From Nitrospirota bacterium (GTDB lineage: Bacteria; Nitrospirota; 9FT-COMBO-42-15; HDB-SIOI813), in contig JACRGV010000131.1 of NCBI GenBank assembly GCA_016212215.1, positions 655 to 64,654 on the forward strand: a stretch of DNA of 64,000 nucleotides, written 5' to 3'. How positions within the stretch are numbered: position 1 is the stretch's first letter; each line of letters opens with the position of its first letter. Below the pieces are notes generated by a model. That model did not search any database. It was not told the DNA's origin and worked only from the letters and a program-made list of their open reading frames with translations. The translations under genes were made by a program, and so were the position numbers. This document shows positions 63,801 to 64,000 of this stretch, in pieces.

Positions 63801-64000
63801 AATGTTTTTGAGAATCCCGTCAGGCTTTACCTTGCTGCCGCGCGTTCCCATGCAGGAGACTTCGCGGACCACTTCGTAATTGTTTTTGTGCGCATATTCG
63901 TTAAGAAGGAGCCAGAAATAACTCTTTATGGCATCTTCATTACTGGACTTGCCGAATTGCAAGGCACGGTCGAGGTTGGTGTAGTATCGGTTTATAAGGA
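60870..64000 (-). CDS. Single-chain restriction-modification enzyme (PD-ExK nuclease + gamma-type N6-adenine methyltransferase + type ISP-like C-terminal specificity domain); N-terminus may lie beyond the window
   Basis: KPDG...VGYWESK nuclease motif, ILDPAAGTGTF (motif I), IIGNPPYNA (motif IV), and C-terminal WEYKLGNRSALEWILDQYK. The minus frame stays open from 63962 to base 64000. Confidence 0.7.
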   Translation of the reverse strand, partial: LINRYYTNLDRALQFGKSSNEDAIKSYFWLLLNEYAHKNNYEVVREVSCMGTRGSKVKPDGILKNIWALDVGYWESKDEKDVIDDEIDTKIKKGYPLTNTLFEDSQTAVLFQRNEEVMRASVRNADELDAIITAFISYKNEAVYKFEDAIEKFKQDIPVIIETLRNRIEEAGAKSESFIKERDKFLKLCKDEINPDITLVDIREMMIQHILTSDIFNKIFDDQGFHRHNTIAAELENLICTLFSYAERRNLLASIEHYYDSINAAAAAIADHHEKQKFLKVLYENFYKVYNPKAADRLGVVYTPNEIVKFMIESADYLLFKHFGKTLADKNVEILDPAAGTGTFICDIIEHIPKQHLTYKYGNELHANEVAILPYYIANLNIEYTYKQKMGIYEEFPNICFVDTLDNTAPLDYSGKQENIFALTNENAERIRRQNRKKISVIIGNPPYNANQKNENENNKNREYPEIDKRIKDTYIKNSTAQKTKVYDMYSRFYRWAMDRIDKNGVIALITNRSFIDSRTFDGFRKCVEDGFSHAYIVDTKSDVRANPKIAGTTHNVFGIQTGVAVMFLVRKEKEEGKCRIEYVAMDDFWRKEEKLEWLRTNPMEKIEFSHITPNKNHSWINQADNDFNELIACVDKDVKVGKSQEAVFGLFSNGIVTARDEWSYDFNGSALEKKADFFCSFYASEQRRWMQSKKNIPINDFVQRTIKFGSEIENHLVKGDILKFDKKNITYSLFRPFIQKEFYFDRIYTHRIYQQEKICGFRGEFENRIISFLSIASANELYALVTNKVFDAGLLKQGNGITQCLPLYSYDSAGNRIDNITDWGQAKFRCHYNDNKIEKEDIFHYVYAVLHNPTYRKKYELNLKREFPRIPFYEEFWKWAGWGKELMALHIDYETVEPYMLKVITSDTKSEHKRIIKDMPKDIIDVCEPQAMYGRQPKIKVKLRADKERGVIEIDELTTMTGIPKEAWEYKLGNRSALEWILDQYKEKKPSDPTIADKFNTYRFQHYKDKVIDLLKRVCTVSVETMKIVREMEGVESRIEG

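Overview
This 64 kb window is bacterial chromosome with moderate-to-low GC. The gene content suggests an anaerobic, metal- and heme-rich lineage, but that taxonomic guess is low confidence. All protein calls come from reading motifs by eye; no searches were run.

Housekeeping content, in order:
- a polyamine cluster (deoxyhypusine-synthase-like, agmatinase, pyruvoyl arginine decarboxylase)
- tRNA-Lys and tRNA-Glu, then aconitase
- a Crp/Fnr regulator next to a putative NO / Fe-S repair operon (ScdA_N, DUF2249 x2, a 12-TM His-rich membrane protein, DUF59)
- an outer-membrane beta-barrel protein with a single CxxCH motif
- a split transketolase, rpoH, and a Cache histidine kinase
- tadA, mreBCD-mrdA-rodA, and tRNA-Ser / SRP RNA / dnaX-ybaB-recR
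- a roughly 45-heme cytochrome, deaD, lgt, msrAB and a hemerythrin
- a porin plus Nik/Cbi-type ECF metal uptake operon
- oppDF-like ATPases

Two accessory (defense-type) patches interrupt this backbone:
- 35.2-40.0 kb holds remnants of a type I R-M system around an intact rhuM. Next to it is a BcnI/MvaI-family endonuclease convergent with a methyltransferase that is fused in-frame to a complete LexA repressor.
- 57.3-64.0 kb holds a DUF4143 ATPase, DUF3037, DUF1828/1829, a HEPN-MNT pair, and a large single-chain nuclease-methylase enzyme. A 189-bp direct repeat brackets part of this patch.

The most pervasive unexplained structure is a nested, mosaic family of intergenic repeats:
- Family A is about 105-140 bp and forms three hairpins.
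- Family B is a G/C hairpin followed by TTAGGGTGGGGATGGGG.
- Heptamer-periodic tracts often start with AAGACAG.

These repeats are inserted in-frame into dnaX and into an SDR gene. They donate C-terminal codons and stop codons to upstream genes, and they donate SD plus start codons to downstream genes (recR, mreD, transketolase, rodA, the multiheme cytochrome).
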